IMG/VR virus record: IMGVR_UViG_3300025168_000067
Location: 1-64,000 of that record
DNA length: 64,000 bases
Reading direction: 5' to 3' (one strand)
Source: a virus
Shown: positions 36,290-46,562 of the stretch, piece by piece
Layout of the letters: each line of letters starts with the position of its first letter
How positions within the stretch are numbered: position 1 is the first letter of the stretch
Notes under the pieces: generated by a model
Database searches by the model: none
What the model saw: the letters and a program-made list of their open reading frames with translations, nothing else
What the model was told of the DNA's origin: nothing
Translations under genes and position numbers: made by a program

Positions 36290-37228
36290 TTGTTCGAGTA
36301 TGACAAGATAGTAGTTGGCAGTTCTTTGGAAGCAATGCTGTTTGCTTTTAATAACGAATACCCTATCATCTTTGCGGAAGAGAGAAGGCCGTTCAGGTTT
36401 GACCACTTTGAGCCCGAGTTAGATTTGTCGTGCTTTGGCATAAGAAGAGAAAACATCACACTCACCTCACGTGAGGGAAATAAAGTTGTCGGAACAAAGA
36501 AAGAGACATTGTGGGAACACATGATGTTTCTTATGTCTCTCAACGGCCAGGTACCTATATCAAATATGGCACACTCTATAAGACACACTGGGGATACCAT
36601 CACCTGCGCCAACGAGTATAGCAAGATCGCAGAGATAACCTTTAACGAGTGTTTTTACTTTGGGGATAATAAGAGCACAGGGTTCGTCCACCAGAAAACT
36701 ATTGACAACAAGAGATATATATGTTATGATAATATCGCGTTTCACATAGGAGGGAAGCATGAACTTGACTACATTGAGACAAAGGATAGTTTTGTTGGGG
36801 AGGTATGGTTTTATAGTTCCGATCGTATTGATGGAAATACTCCTATTAAAGATGCTGTTGCTATCTCATTATTAGATAGCAAACAGTTATTAGACTTTGA
36901 ATACTCAGAGACAATGGCCCGCTTCAAGTTAATTTACGAGATGGAACAGCGAGGTCTAAGAGGAAAGAAAGCTAGTGAACAAACAACGGCAGGAAATGAT
37001 AAATATTACAAACATAGAACATCTAGCATACACCGCCAAACGCGAGAGTGTCCGATTCGACAAGAACCACAAGCCAGCAATATCACGCTTCCGGAAATTA
37101 GCGAGGAAGATCTGCTTGAAGATCTATCATCGGGTTGTTTGGGATACAATAGATTTTTAAAATATTTGGTGGATCCAGATGCGCCCAAGAATACATGTAG
37201 CGGGGATAATTCCCGTAGCCAATCTTAA
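36290..37228 (+). CDS. Degenerate Rossmann-fold (FAD/NAD-binding-like) protein
   Basis: N-terminal YDKIVVGSSLEAMLFA resembles a GxGxxG dinucleotide-binding start without its glycines. Confidence 0.5.
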   Translation: MFEYDKIVVGSSLEAMLFAFNNEYPIIFAEERRPFRFDHFEPELDLSCFGIRRENITLTSREGNKVVGTKKETLWEHMMFLMSLNGQVPISNMAHSIRHTGDTITCANEYSKIAEITFNECFYFGDNKSTGFVHQKTIDNKRYICYDNIAFHIGGKHELDYIETKDSFVGEVWFYSSDRIDGNTPIKDAVAISLLDSKQLLDFEYSETMARFKLIYEMEQRGLRGKKASEQTTAGNDKYYKHRTSSIHRQTRECPIRQEPQASNITLPEISEEDLLEDLSSGCLGYNRFLKYLVDPDAPKNTCSGDNSRSQS

Positions 37229-38066
37229 AACAGATTTTGGCCTGAATACTCCTGAGATATTGTCTCCTGTTAATAAGGGTTTTACCGCCATTCAGAAGTC
37301 TGTGTTTGAGTGTGCTATGGCTGGTTGTTCTACTATTTGGATAGTAGCAAACGATGACTTGGCGCCAATAGTACGAAAGATTATTGGAGAATGGACGTAT
37401 GACCCGGTTTATTTTCGCCGCCCAGTACGTTTTAATACGGAAAAACGAGTAGAAATACCTATTTATTACGTGCCTATTCATCCGAAGGACCGCGACCGCC
37501 GCGATTCTTATGGGTGGTCTGTTTTATACGGGGCACACACGGCATGGAAATGCGCACATAATATTTCTAAGTGGATTGTCCCTGACAAGTACTATGTATC
37601 ATTTCCAATGTCGGCTTACGACATCTACAGTGTGCGAGAACACCGAAAACTAATAAAACACAAAACCAACAACCTATTTTTATGCTATGACGGCGATACA
37701 GTCAAAAATAACATACCAATAGCATTTACTTTTACAGGAGAAGACTTTAAACAATGCAGACGTTCGGTAAACAAACAAACAACCCGGGAGTATTTACCCC
37801 CTTTACTCGGAGACCACTACCCTTCGAAGAAGCTACCACTGAAAGAGAGGTGGAGCGCGCGCCACTTCAACCTTCAGAAGATATTCGAGAAGATAAGCGA
37901 AGTAAGCGCAACATCGATCGAACTTGAATGGTATTATGATCTTTCTACATTTGATGGATACTGTTCCTATCTTGGATCAGATAATTTAATAGAAGTCCCC
38001 GAAAGCGACTTGACAGCGCCACACAAACATGCTATGATACCATATAGTGAGGGCGAAGAAGAATGA
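37179..38066 (+). CDS. Sugar-phosphate nucleotidyltransferase-like (GT-A fold) protein, divergent
   Basis: AGIIPVA..P.IL.PV..AGCSTIWIV, and late WYYDLSTFDGY. Confidence 0.6.
   Translation: MRPRIHVAGIIPVANLKTDFGLNTPEILSPVNKGFTAIQKSVFECAMAGCSTIWIVANDDLAPIVRKIIGEWTYDPVYFRRPVRFNTEKRVEIPIYYVPIHPKDRDRRDSYGWSVLYGAHTAWKCAHNISKWIVPDKYYVSFPMSAYDIYSVREHRKLIKHKTNNLFLCYDGDTVKNNIPIAFTFTGEDFKQCRRSVNKQTTREYLPPLLGDHYPSKKLPLKERWSARHFNLQKIFEKISEVSATSIELEWYYDLSTFDGYCSYLGSDNLIEVPESDLTAPHKHAMIPYSEGEEE
38010..38038 (+). promoter_or_regulatory. sigma70-type promoter
   Basis: TTGACA-N17-TATGAT with an extended -10 TG. Confidence 0.8.
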
Positions 38067-38353
38067 GAAACGCACTGCGGTGGGTATGGCACCGCGTTAA
38101 GCACAAGTTAGAGCATTTTCGGCCATCAAAACTGCTGGATACGCTCAAAGAACACGGCCTGGCACTTGTTGTCATCATCGTTGCTTGGGAAATTATAGAA
38201 GATATATTGTTCCCGTTGCTATTCATTTGGCTGGGTCACAATGTGAACCCATGGTTTATTACTGGCGCACCAATAAGTTGGTTGTTGTGCCTACACCCGA
38301 TCGCAGTGCCTATTATTTGGGGCATCTGGATCAAAGTTAGGAGAGAAGAATGA
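38063..38353 (+). CDS. Small membrane protein
   Basis: Two hydrophobic segments; ATGA overlaps on both sides. Confidence 0.7.
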   Translation: MRNALRWVWHRVKHKLEHFRPSKLLDTLKEHGLALVVIIVAWEIIEDILFPLLFIWLGHNVNPWFITGAPISWLLCLHPIAVPIIWGIWIKVRREE

Positions 38354-41300
38354 TTAAATTTGTTGGACTACACGCACACAGTGTGGCAGGGTCTATTTTT
38401 GATGCCATTGGGTATCCTCAAGAACACATGGAGTTCTGTTATTCGAATGGCGGTGACGCACTGGCATTAACAGACCACGGCAACATGAATGGGCTATCGT
38501 GGCAGGTACTCCACGCGAAGAAGATGAAAGCAGAAGGCAAAGACTTCAAGCCCATCTTTGGGGTTGAAGCATATTTCACTACGTCTGTTAAGGACTGGCG
38601 TGTGGCTTATGATGAAGCAATGGCAGATAAAAAGAAGTCACGCTCAGCCAAGAAAGATAAACAATCAGGAGCAACAGCAGAAGATGAGGGGGACACAAAA
38701 GCCGCACAACCTATCCTTAAACGCCGCCGCCACCTAATCCTCCTGGCACAGAACCAGACGGGACTAAATAATCTATACAAGCTAATATCCAAGAGCTATA
38801 CAGACGAGTACTTTTATCGGTACCCGCGTATGGACTATGATCTATTGAGAGAACACTCAGAGGGGGTTATAGCAGCTTCTGCATGTCTAGGTGGGGTGTA
38901 TGCTGGAAACTACTGGGAGAACCGTGACACGGGCCAAGGAGCCGTTTTAGATGCTATGCGGGAGACAACCATAGAAATGCAATCGATCTTTGGAGATCGC
39001 TGGTATGCAGAACTCCAGTGGAATAACATTCCTGAGCAACATGAACTAAATAAGTACATTATTCAAATTGCAAAAGAGTTTGATCTTAAAATGATCTCAA
39101 CCGCAGACAGCCACTATCCTAGTCCTGAAGCTTGGAAGGATCGTGAGATGTATAAGCAACTTGGTTGGCTTGGCAAAGGAAAACCCAAGTGGAAGACCGA
39201 CGCCGAGGACGAAGAGGAGAAGAGTGTTATTCCAGAGAACACAGACGTTATTGGATATGAACTCTATCCGAAGAATGGCGACCAGATGTGGGAGAGTTAT
39301 AAGCACTACTCCGAGACACAGGGCGTTGAGTATGACGATGACCTTGTTTTGCAGAGCATCGAAGAGACATATCGTATCGCTCACGAACGCATCGAAAGTT
39401 TTATGCCGGACACAACCGTTCGTCTGCCAGACTTTGTCGTGCCAGAGGGTGCCACCGCCACGCAAGCACTCGTTCGCTACGCTATCGATGGTCTGCGAGA
39501 ACTAAAGCTTCACACGAACGACGAATATGTTCAGCGACTGAAGCATGAGCTTGACGTTATTGACAGCCGCGGCTTCAGCAAGTATTTCCTCACGATGAAA
39601 GCCATTGTAGATGAGGCTGCAGAGGTAATGCTCGTTGGCCCTGGTCGCGGTAGTGCTTGCGGATCACTGGTGGCATATGCGCTGAAGATCACACAGATAG
39701 ATCCCATCAAATATGCTTTGCCCTTCGAGCGCTTTCTACGCTCAGATGCGACAGACTATCCTGATATCGATACAGATGTGTCTGCACCAATGGAACTGAA
39801 GGAGCGCCTGATCGAGAAGTGGGGAGAAGACAGAGTAGCACCTATTTCTAACTGGAATACGCTCCAATTAAAGTCGCTTATTAAAGACATTTCAAAGTTG
39901 TATGACATTCCATTTTCGGAAGTTAATAACGTGACAAGTGCGATGATGAACGAGGCCATCGGCCCCGCTAAGCAGCGCCATGGTATTAGCGCTGGTGTAT
40001 ATGTTCCAACCTGGGAAGAGGTGTTGGAGTTTTCTACATCGCTGAGATCATTCTTGGCTCAACATCCCGAGGTTCAGGAGCGGGTTCAAGGGCTTGTAGG
40101 ACAGGTGAGAAGCTGCAGCCGTCACGCCGGCGGTCTGTTAGTATCGGAGAACCTGAACGAGAACATGCCTCTCATCAACAGTGGCGGTGTGCGCCAGTCG
40201 CCATGGGCTGAGGGCCAGAACGTACGTCACCTTGAGCCGATGGGCTTCATTAAGTTTGATCTGCTTGGGCTTTCAACATTGAAGATGATCGAAGGTTGCA
40301 TCGAACACATCCTCCGACGCCACCATGGGGTAGAAGAATGTACGTTTGAACAGGTTCGAAACTATTATAACGAGAAACTGCACCCAGATGTGTTAGACTT
40401 AAATGATCAATCGGTTTATAAGCACGTGTTTCATAGGGGCAACTTTGCCGGCACGTTCCAATTCACCAACGACGGAGCACAGGACTTCTGCAAGAACGTA
40501 AAGCCGACGAATATCGCAGAGATTTCAGCGGTGACCTCTATCTTTCGTCCTGGTCCGTTGTCAGCCAAGGTGCATGACCAATATATTGCAGCCAAGGACG
40601 GCCACACTGCCATTGAATGGTACCACCCTATCTTCAAGGAGATCACAGAGGAGAGTTACGGACATGTTATCTATCAGGAGCAGATCAGTGAGATCACACA
40701 CAGGATAGGAAAGGATATTTCCCGAGATGATGGTAACACGATCCGCAAGCTGCTCACAAAGAAGGGCACTGGAAAGGAACATCTTCTACTAAAGTTTCGA
40801 GAGCAGTTCATCGAGGGTGCTAGTGAGAAGGGCATGTCAATTCGCACAGCAGAAGAGATTTGGGACTTGATGGCAGGGTTCGCTAAGTATGGTTTTTCTA
40901 AGAACCACGCGACAGCATACAGTATCATCTCTTACCAGTGTGCTTGGTTATGGAAGAAGTATCCCAGCGAGTGGGCCGCAGCATTCCTTGATAAAGAGCC
41001 TGAGAAGAGAAAGGAAAAGGCTATCAATGCAGCTAAGAGCCATGGCTTTAGGATCGAACCACTCGATATTAATAAGTCAGGTATTGTGTGGGAGATCAGC
41101 GAAGACGGTAAGACTCTTATCCAACCGCTGACATCTATCAAGGGTCTTGGTATGTCAGCCATCGAACAGATATTAGAGAACCGTCCGTTTATGAATGCAG
41201 AGGATTTATTGTTCCGAGAAGGAGTGTCATATAGCAAGTTCAATAAGAAGGCACTGGATGCTCTGTGTAGGGGCGGCGCCCTAGATAATTTGGTGGATAA

Positions 41301-41784
41301 CCGCTTCACTGGCCGAAAGCATTTTTGGAGTGCCTGTGTTGTAGAGCGCCCAAAAAATCTCAAGAAGTTTTTGGAGAATTTGGAAATATACGAACCAGAG
41401 GGCGACTTTACAGAAGAAGAAGTTATTCAGTTCAAAACAGACTTAACCGGAATCTTTCCGATGAACCTTGTGATGAGCGCCGAAATGATCGAGAAACTAA
41501 AAGAGAAATTTATTCCACCTATTTCTGAATTTGATCCAGAATTGCAAGTATGCTGGTTTATACCTCGAAAAATTGTGCCTCGCAAGACAAAAAATGGAAA
41601 GACTTATTGGATACTTGAGGTGATAGACTCTAACAACGAACTAACTAAGATAAGGTGCTGGGGAGTAAAACCTGAAAAAGATCGTATTCATATCAACAGG
41701 CCGTATATGAGCCGGCTGGATTATAACGAACAATGGGGGTTCTCAACTAGATCTATTAAATATAACTTTCGATTAATGGGATAA
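38350..41784 (+). CDS. dnaE: DNA polymerase III alpha subunit
   Basis: PHP domain (LHAHS, TDHG), GRGSACGS, PDIDTD, HAGG, KFDLLGL, RPGP, YQEQ. Confidence 0.96.
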   Translation: MIKFVGLHAHSVAGSIFDAIGYPQEHMEFCYSNGGDALALTDHGNMNGLSWQVLHAKKMKAEGKDFKPIFGVEAYFTTSVKDWRVAYDEAMADKKKSRSAKKDKQSGATAEDEGDTKAAQPILKRRRHLILLAQNQTGLNNLYKLISKSYTDEYFYRYPRMDYDLLREHSEGVIAASACLGGVYAGNYWENRDTGQGAVLDAMRETTIEMQSIFGDRWYAELQWNNIPEQHELNKYIIQIAKEFDLKMISTADSHYPSPEAWKDREMYKQLGWLGKGKPKWKTDAEDEEEKSVIPENTDVIGYELYPKNGDQMWESYKHYSETQGVEYDDDLVLQSIEETYRIAHERIESFMPDTTVRLPDFVVPEGATATQALVRYAIDGLRELKLHTNDEYVQRLKHELDVIDSRGFSKYFLTMKAIVDEAAEVMLVGPGRGSACGSLVAYALKITQIDPIKYALPFERFLRSDATDYPDIDTDVSAPMELKERLIEKWGEDRVAPISNWNTLQLKSLIKDISKLYDIPFSEVNNVTSAMMNEAIGPAKQRHGISAGVYVPTWEEVLEFSTSLRSFLAQHPEVQERVQGLVGQVRSCSRHAGGLLVSENLNENMPLINSGGVRQSPWAEGQNVRHLEPMGFIKFDLLGLSTLKMIEGCIEHILRRHHGVEECTFEQVRNYYNEKLHPDVLDLNDQSVYKHVFHRGNFAGTFQFTNDGAQDFCKNVKPTNIAEISAVTSIFRPGPLSAKVHDQYIAAKDGHTAIEWYHPIFKEITEESYGHVIYQEQISEITHRIGKDISRDDGNTIRKLLTKKGTGKEHLLLKFREQFIEGASEKGMSIRTAEEIWDLMAGFAKYGFSKNHATAYSIISYQCAWLWKKYPSEWAAAFLDKEPEKRKEKAINAAKSHGFRIEPLDINKSGIVWEISEDGKTLIQPLTSIKGLGMSAIEQILENRPFMNAEDLLFREGVSYSKFNKKALDALCRGGALDNLVDNRFTGRKHFWSACVVERPKNLKKFLENLEIYEPEGDFTEEEVIQFKTDLTGIFPMNLVMSAEMIEKLKEKFIPPISEFDPELQVCWFIPRKIVPRKTKNGKTYWILEVIDSNNELTKIRCWGVKPEKDRIHINRPYMSRLDYNEQWGFSTRSIKYNFRLMG

Positions 41785-41790
41785 ACAACA

Positions 41791-42396
41791 ATGAACATCA
41801 TCAAATATTTTTCACCACTCTTAAAAGAGCCAGAACTTAAAACAGACCTACCGGTTGTATTACGGGTGAGGAAGTTTGATGATGCCGCGGCAAAGGAGTT
41901 CTCAAGTCTAATATCGAGAGCCCAGAACACGGGACAACCAGTTATCCCAATAATAATAGATAGTTACGGTGGCCAGGTGTATAGTTTGATGTCTATGATC
42001 TCAGATATTAAGCATTCGAAGGTTTCTGTTGCCACTATCGTTCAGGGTAAAGCCATGTCTTGTGGGGCAATATTGGCGAGTTTTGGAGAGGAAGGCATGC
42101 GATATATGGATCCGGATGCGACTTTCATGATTCATGATGTGAGTTCGATGGCATGGGGAAAGGTAGAAGAGGTTAAAGTGAGCGCCGATGAAACTGACCG
42201 CCTTAACACAAAGATATACACGATGATGGCAGAAAACTGTGGTCATCACAAGGAGTATTTCCTTGACATAGTTCATGAGAAGGGCCACGCTGACTGGTTT
42301 CTAGAAGCTGACGAATGTAAAAAACATAACCTAGCCAACCATCTATTTATACCAGAACTAAAGATTAAGACAAAGGTTGAATTTGACTTTGGATAG
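41791..42396 (+). CDS. clpP: ClpP-family protease
   Basis: DSYGG, AMSCG (Ser), MIHD (His), DWFL (Asp). Confidence 0.88.
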   Translation: MNIIKYFSPLLKEPELKTDLPVVLRVRKFDDAAAKEFSSLISRAQNTGQPVIPIIIDSYGGQVYSLMSMISDIKHSKVSVATIVQGKAMSCGAILASFGEEGMRYMDPDATFMIHDVSSMAWGKVEEVKVSADETDRLNTKIYTMMAENCGHHKEYFLDIVHEKGHADWFLEADECKKHNLANHLFIPELKIKTKVEFDFG

Positions 42397-42407
42397 GGGG
42401 ACTCAGT

Positions 42408-43154
42408 GTGGCGGTTTCAGCAAAACTTAGATGGAAGCGCTATATTAACGAACTTCGGTTTATCAATGAAGAACTCGACTTCGTAAAGGAGATTAACAGA
42501 GCAGCTTCCCGAGAGTTTCAAGCCCATTATGAAGATTATTGTATTAAAAATGAGATTGATCTTGCTGAGTTAAATAAAAAGAACAGCGAGAAAATTAAAA
42601 AGTCATACCAAGGAGAGGGCACACCCCAGGACGACCAGCAGTATGCCCAACTTGACGCCGGTATAGATGGATCTCTCGTAATTCACAGTGCTCCCTCCGA
42701 GCAACAAATAAGTAGCGAGAACCAAGAGGAATACCCGCAACAACTTGGTGACTATCAAATGTCCAAGGACGAGCAAGAAATTCATGATGTATTCAATAGA
42801 GTGTTTAGAAAGATAGCACTTTTGATTCACCCAGATAAATTGGATGAAAACTTGACAGCTGAGGAAAGAGACGTTAAATTAAACATGTTCAAAGAAGCAA
42901 AGACCGCGTTGGAAGAACGCAAGTATTTTATTATTCTTGACATCGCAGAAAAGTTTAATATCACAACCCCTAAAAACTATAAACAGCAAATTCGCTGGAT
43001 GAAGAAAGAGACCAGTACATTGAACCAAGAACTTTCAAAAGAGAAGAACACATACAATTACATCTTCTCCGAATGCGACAGTGATCGTGAGAGAGACCAT
43101 GTTGTAAAAAGGTTTATGTCTCAGCTGTTTGGTCCTCAAGTTTTTGACAAATAG
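42408..43154 (+). CDS. J-domain (DnaJ-like) protein
   Basis: FRKIALLIHPDK..MFKEA. Confidence 0.75.
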   Translation: MAVSAKLRWKRYINELRFINEELDFVKEINRAASREFQAHYEDYCIKNEIDLAELNKKNSEKIKKSYQGEGTPQDDQQYAQLDAGIDGSLVIHSAPSEQQISSENQEEYPQQLGDYQMSKDEQEIHDVFNRVFRKIALLIHPDKLDENLTAEERDVKLNMFKEAKTALEERKYFIILDIAEKFNITTPKNYKQQIRWMKKETSTLNQELSKEKNTYNYIFSECDSDRERDHVVKRFMSQLFGPQVFDK

Positions 43155-43157
43155 TAC

Positions 43158-43186
43158 TTGACAGCACCCCCGTGTGTTGTTATAAT
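43158..43186 (+). promoter_or_regulatory. Consensus sigma70 promoter
   Basis: TTGACA-N17-TATAAT. Confidence 0.9.
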
Positions 43187-43224
43187 ATAAGAGTAAGAAA
43201 GACCTAAACCCGTAAGGAGGGAAA

Positions 43225-43476
43225 ATGGCATCATCACACGACGAGAAGAAGCAATACGTTAAGGAGTACATTCGTTCGCTATCAGCGATTGAAGAGTGCA
43301 TCGAGCCTTACCAAGAACAAAAGCGCGAGCTACGTTCAGAATTCCGCCAGAACGGCTGGCTAAATACAGATGAGATTCGAGCAGCAGTGAAAGCATATCG
43401 TTTGTTCCGTGGTAACTTCAACATTGACGAGGTAGTCGATAATTTTAAGACTATTTCTGGAGGAGACAGCTCTTGA
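43225..43476 (+). CDS. Small dsDNA-binding protein (GapR/T4 DsbA-like)
   Basis: Helical pattern VKEYI..L..IE...QEQKREL..E..G..IRAAV; strong RBS. Confidence 0.55.
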   Translation: MASSHDEKKQYVKEYIRSLSAIEECIEPYQEQKRELRSEFRQNGWLNTDEIRAAVKAYRLFRGNFNIDEVVDNFKTISGGDSS

Positions 43477-43931
43477 TCATCCAATACGCCAAGACACACC
43501 CATCGGCGCAGACACCTGTACGGGCAAACCCTTCTGACGCCGGCCTCGATGTATTTTACTCACCAGTAGATGAGCACTTAAAGGTACTCATCGCCCCCAG
43601 CACCAGTCGTGTCATTCCAACAGGGCTTAAGTTCGAGGTACCCCATGGTTTTATGCTTGAAGTGAAAAACCGCTCAAGTGTCGCGGCCAAGAGAAGTTTG
43701 CTGGTGGGGGCGTGTGTCGTAGATAGTGGATATAGCGGTGAAGTATTTGTAAATCTTCACAATGTTGGCGTTGAGAGTCAGTCTATCAAAGCCGGTGATA
43801 AGATAGCACAACTGGTAATGGTGCCGGTTCTGCATCCGCGACCGGTAGAAACGTATGAACGTGAGCTATATGCATCAGCTGTCACTATTAGCGATAGGGG
43901 TGACGGAGCTTTGGGAAGTACAGATGAATAA
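43473..43931 (+). CDS. dut: Trimeric dUTPase
   Basis: AGLD, RSS, VDSGYSGE, IAQ, RGDGALGST. Confidence 0.95.
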   Translation: MIIQYAKTHPSAQTPVRANPSDAGLDVFYSPVDEHLKVLIAPSTSRVIPTGLKFEVPHGFMLEVKNRSSVAAKRSLLVGACVVDSGYSGEVFVNLHNVGVESQSIKAGDKIAQLVMVPVLHPRPVETYERELYASAVTISDRGDGALGSTDE

Positions 43932-44577
43932 TAAGCAAAAAAGAACTTATGAAATTTTAAATGAACTAAAAGAAAGTATTATTAATAGTTCGCTGATGTT
44001 GTCTGATGCTCATCGTGATGGAAGGATCAACTCTGCCCATGATGAAGACATAATTGTTGATTGGCTGCGCAACGCTGGATTTGGGAAGAAGGTCTTTTTA
44101 ACAAGTGACGATTTGAATATATCGAACCGATGTTGGTGGGATATCTGGATAGTTGAAACAGACACACCAGTCAATATCAAGAGCGCTACCCACAAAACTG
44201 CAGACAACGCATGTAATTTCCTATCGTTATTGTGGGCTTTGACTGATGTAGAGGTCCAGCGCGCCCGATGTCCAAACGCCGGAAAAGATACAATGCAGTA
44301 TATTGATATGATGAACTCCATAGTCGATGAAAATAGCAGCCGAGATTATTGGTTTTTTTCTGTCAATAAAAATGATACATCCGATGTGATTATAACGTCG
44401 ATTAGAAATCTAAATCATGCTACAACAAACTGTAACAACCTACCATTTCAGATTAACTGGAAAAAGAATCAAGAACTAAAGTTACGTACCGTTCCTGAAG
44501 CACGCACCTTTTATAATGATATTCTCAGAGAAACTTTTGAAAAAGATTGGAGAATGAACCTTTATGAAGCCTTATAG
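43924..44577 (+). CDS. Putative Type II restriction endonuclease (PD-(D/E)xK-like)
   Basis: E..WWDIW..PVNIKS pattern; overlaps the downstream methyltransferase. Confidence 0.6.
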   Translation: MNNKQKRTYEILNELKESIINSSLMLSDAHRDGRINSAHDEDIIVDWLRNAGFGKKVFLTSDDLNISNRCWWDIWIVETDTPVNIKSATHKTADNACNFLSLLWALTDVEVQRARCPNAGKDTMQYIDMMNSIVDENSSRDYWFFSVNKNDTSDVIITSIRNLNHATTNCNNLPFQINWKKNQELKLRTVPEARTFYNDILRETFEKDWRMNLYEAL

Positions 44578-45730
44578 AGTTGAGTCATTGGGACAAGTAT
44601 TCACAACTGATGAGGTTGTTGATAGAATGTTGTCTTTACGTACAAATTCTGGTTCCATTCTGGAGCCTTCTTGTGGTCAAGGTGCCTTTTGGGGGAAACT
44701 GTCAGCCAAAGAGGATTCTTATGCGATAGAGATAGACCCAACTGTGTGTCCCGCGGGAGCAATCACTGGTGACTTTTTTGAACACAAGTTTGAAAGAAAA
44801 TTTGACACTATTATAGGCAACCCCCCATACGTTAAATTTAAGAATATATTACCAACGACTTTAGAATTTTTGGATATCGATAGCTATGATAAGAGAACGA
44901 ATTTATATGTGTTCTTTATTGATAAATGTATAGATATGCTAGGAGACAATGGAGAGATCATTTTTGTGACTCCCCGAGGGTTCATAAATGCAACTTCGTG
45001 CGCACACCTTAATGAAAAGATATATAAGCATGGCACAATAACCCATTTTTATGACTATGGAGATGAGATGTTGTTTAAAGGGTTTTCCCCTAACTGTGCT
45101 ATTTGGAGGTTTCAGAAAAATTGCTTCACACATAAAACAGAAACGAATGATGGCGCCAAAAACATGAACCTGCACCACGGACAGCTAATTTTTTCAGATG
45201 AAACGTTTAAGCACAAGTTGGGCGATTTCTTTTATGTTAAAGTAGGTGCTGTAAGTGGTTTAGATTCTATTTTCTGTGATCCCAGCGGAGACTCAGACTT
45301 TGTGGGCTCTTTCACGCGCAAGACATCGAAACTAAAACGGTACCACTATGAAAAACCTAAACAAAACCTGTTATCCCAGAAAGATAAGCTTTTAAATCGA
45401 AAAATTAAAACATTCACAGAGGAAAACTGGTGGCACTGGGGTCGCGACTATCACAAATCCGAATCGGAAAGAATATATGTTAATTGTAAAACCAGACAAG
45501 AGGAGCCCTTTTTCACAAATAGTTGTAAAAAGTATGATGGTTCAGTCTTGGCAATATTTCCAAGAAATAAGGATGTTGATTTGTTGAACACAACAAGAGC
45601 ACTAAACTCAATTGACTGGAATGAGTTCGGATTTATGGTCGGCAACCGATATATGTTTTCCCAGAAATCACTAGAAAATCTCCCCATCACCGAAAGTTTT
45701 ATAAACAATATAAGGATAACAAATGAATAA
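44564..45730 (+). CDS. N6-adenine DNA methyltransferase, gamma class (TaqI/Eco57I-like)
   Basis: GQVFT, LEPSCGQGAF, GNPPY, NLY..F, C-terminal TRD-like region. Confidence 0.9.
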   Translation: MKPYRVESLGQVFTTDEVVDRMLSLRTNSGSILEPSCGQGAFWGKLSAKEDSYAIEIDPTVCPAGAITGDFFEHKFERKFDTIIGNPPYVKFKNILPTTLEFLDIDSYDKRTNLYVFFIDKCIDMLGDNGEIIFVTPRGFINATSCAHLNEKIYKHGTITHFYDYGDEMLFKGFSPNCAIWRFQKNCFTHKTETNDGAKNMNLHHGQLIFSDETFKHKLGDFFYVKVGAVSGLDSIFCDPSGDSDFVGSFTRKTSKLKRYHYEKPKQNLLSQKDKLLNRKIKTFTEENWWHWGRDYHKSESERIYVNCKTRQEEPFFTNSCKKYDGSVLAIFPRNKDVDLLNTTRALNSIDWNEFGFMVGNRYMFSQKSLENLPITESFINNIRITNE

Positions 45731-46196
45731 ATCAACACAAAAGACAATGTTTAGCTCCGCCACCGGCGACTGGGCAACCCCACAAGACTTTTATGATAAG
45801 CTTAACTGGCGGTTTGGAACATTCGATCTCGATCCCTGTGCCAGCCCATATAATACAAAGTGCCCTAACTTCTTCACAGAAGTAGAAGATGGTTTGTCAA
45901 AGGATTGGGAAGGGCACACAGTGTTTGTCAATCCCCCCTATGGAAGAGGCATTGACAGGTGGATTGAAAAGGGATATCGCGAGTCGCTGAAACCACACAC
46001 AAAGGTGGTTATGCTCATTCCGGCAAGAACAGACACCAAGTATTGGCATAAATATGTTATGCTAGCATCAGAATTGTACTTCGTCAAGGGCCGCTTAAAG
46101 TTTGGAGATAGTACAAACAGCGCCCCATTTCCATCAGCAGTGGTGGTGTTTGATGGTGAAAGCAAGCAACAAGTCTTCGGCGCAATGAACCGATAA
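45723..46196 (+). CDS. Phage N6-adenine DNA methyltransferase (short type)
   Basis: WATP, FDLDPCA, NPPY, PARTDT, GRLKF. Confidence 0.9.
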   Translation: MNKSTQKTMFSSATGDWATPQDFYDKLNWRFGTFDLDPCASPYNTKCPNFFTEVEDGLSKDWEGHTVFVNPPYGRGIDRWIEKGYRESLKPHTKVVMLIPARTDTKYWHKYVMLASELYFVKGRLKFGDSTNSAPFPSAVVVFDGESKQQVFGAMNR

Positions 46197-46226
46197 ATAA
46201 CCCAACAATAAAAAAGGAAAACAATA

Positions 46227-46562
46227 GTGGCTAAAGAAACATCAGATGCAGCAATTTTACAATTGCGCGCCAAAGCCCTTGAGGCATTTGGTATTATTAA
46301 GGATATTTATGCGAGACCAGCAGAAGAAGGCGATGTAGATAAGATCGCCAATCAAGCACTCAAGCTGGCACAGTATGAAGGTGCGATGCTAACACTTCAA
46401 CAGTATTTTGGCCAGGCCGAACAGCCTCCGGGCCCACCACCCGAACCTGAACAACCTCCGATGGTTGTAACAGAAGAGATGTCGTCGACCCTTCGTAGAA
46501 CAAATTCTGTAAAGAAGAAGCGGCCCCCCCGCAAGAAGAAGATAGAAGAAGGCGAAGAATGA
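46227..46562 (+). CDS. Hypothetical protein
   Basis: ORF with RBS, coupled to the next gene. Confidence 0.65.
   Translation: MAKETSDAAILQLRAKALEAFGIIKDIYARPAEEGDVDKIANQALKLAQYEGAMLTLQQYFGQAEQPPGPPPEPEQPPMVVTEEMSSTLRRTNSVKKKRPPRKKKIEEGEE

Noticed and set aside
38063-38353. Holin
   Set aside because: It is a membrane protein, but it follows a sigma70 promoter and is coupled to dnaE rather than to the endolysin.
28116-41784. Inteins or introns in RecA, helicase, RNR or DnaE
   Set aside because: Lengths are ordinary and no splice-junction or homing endonuclease motifs are evident.
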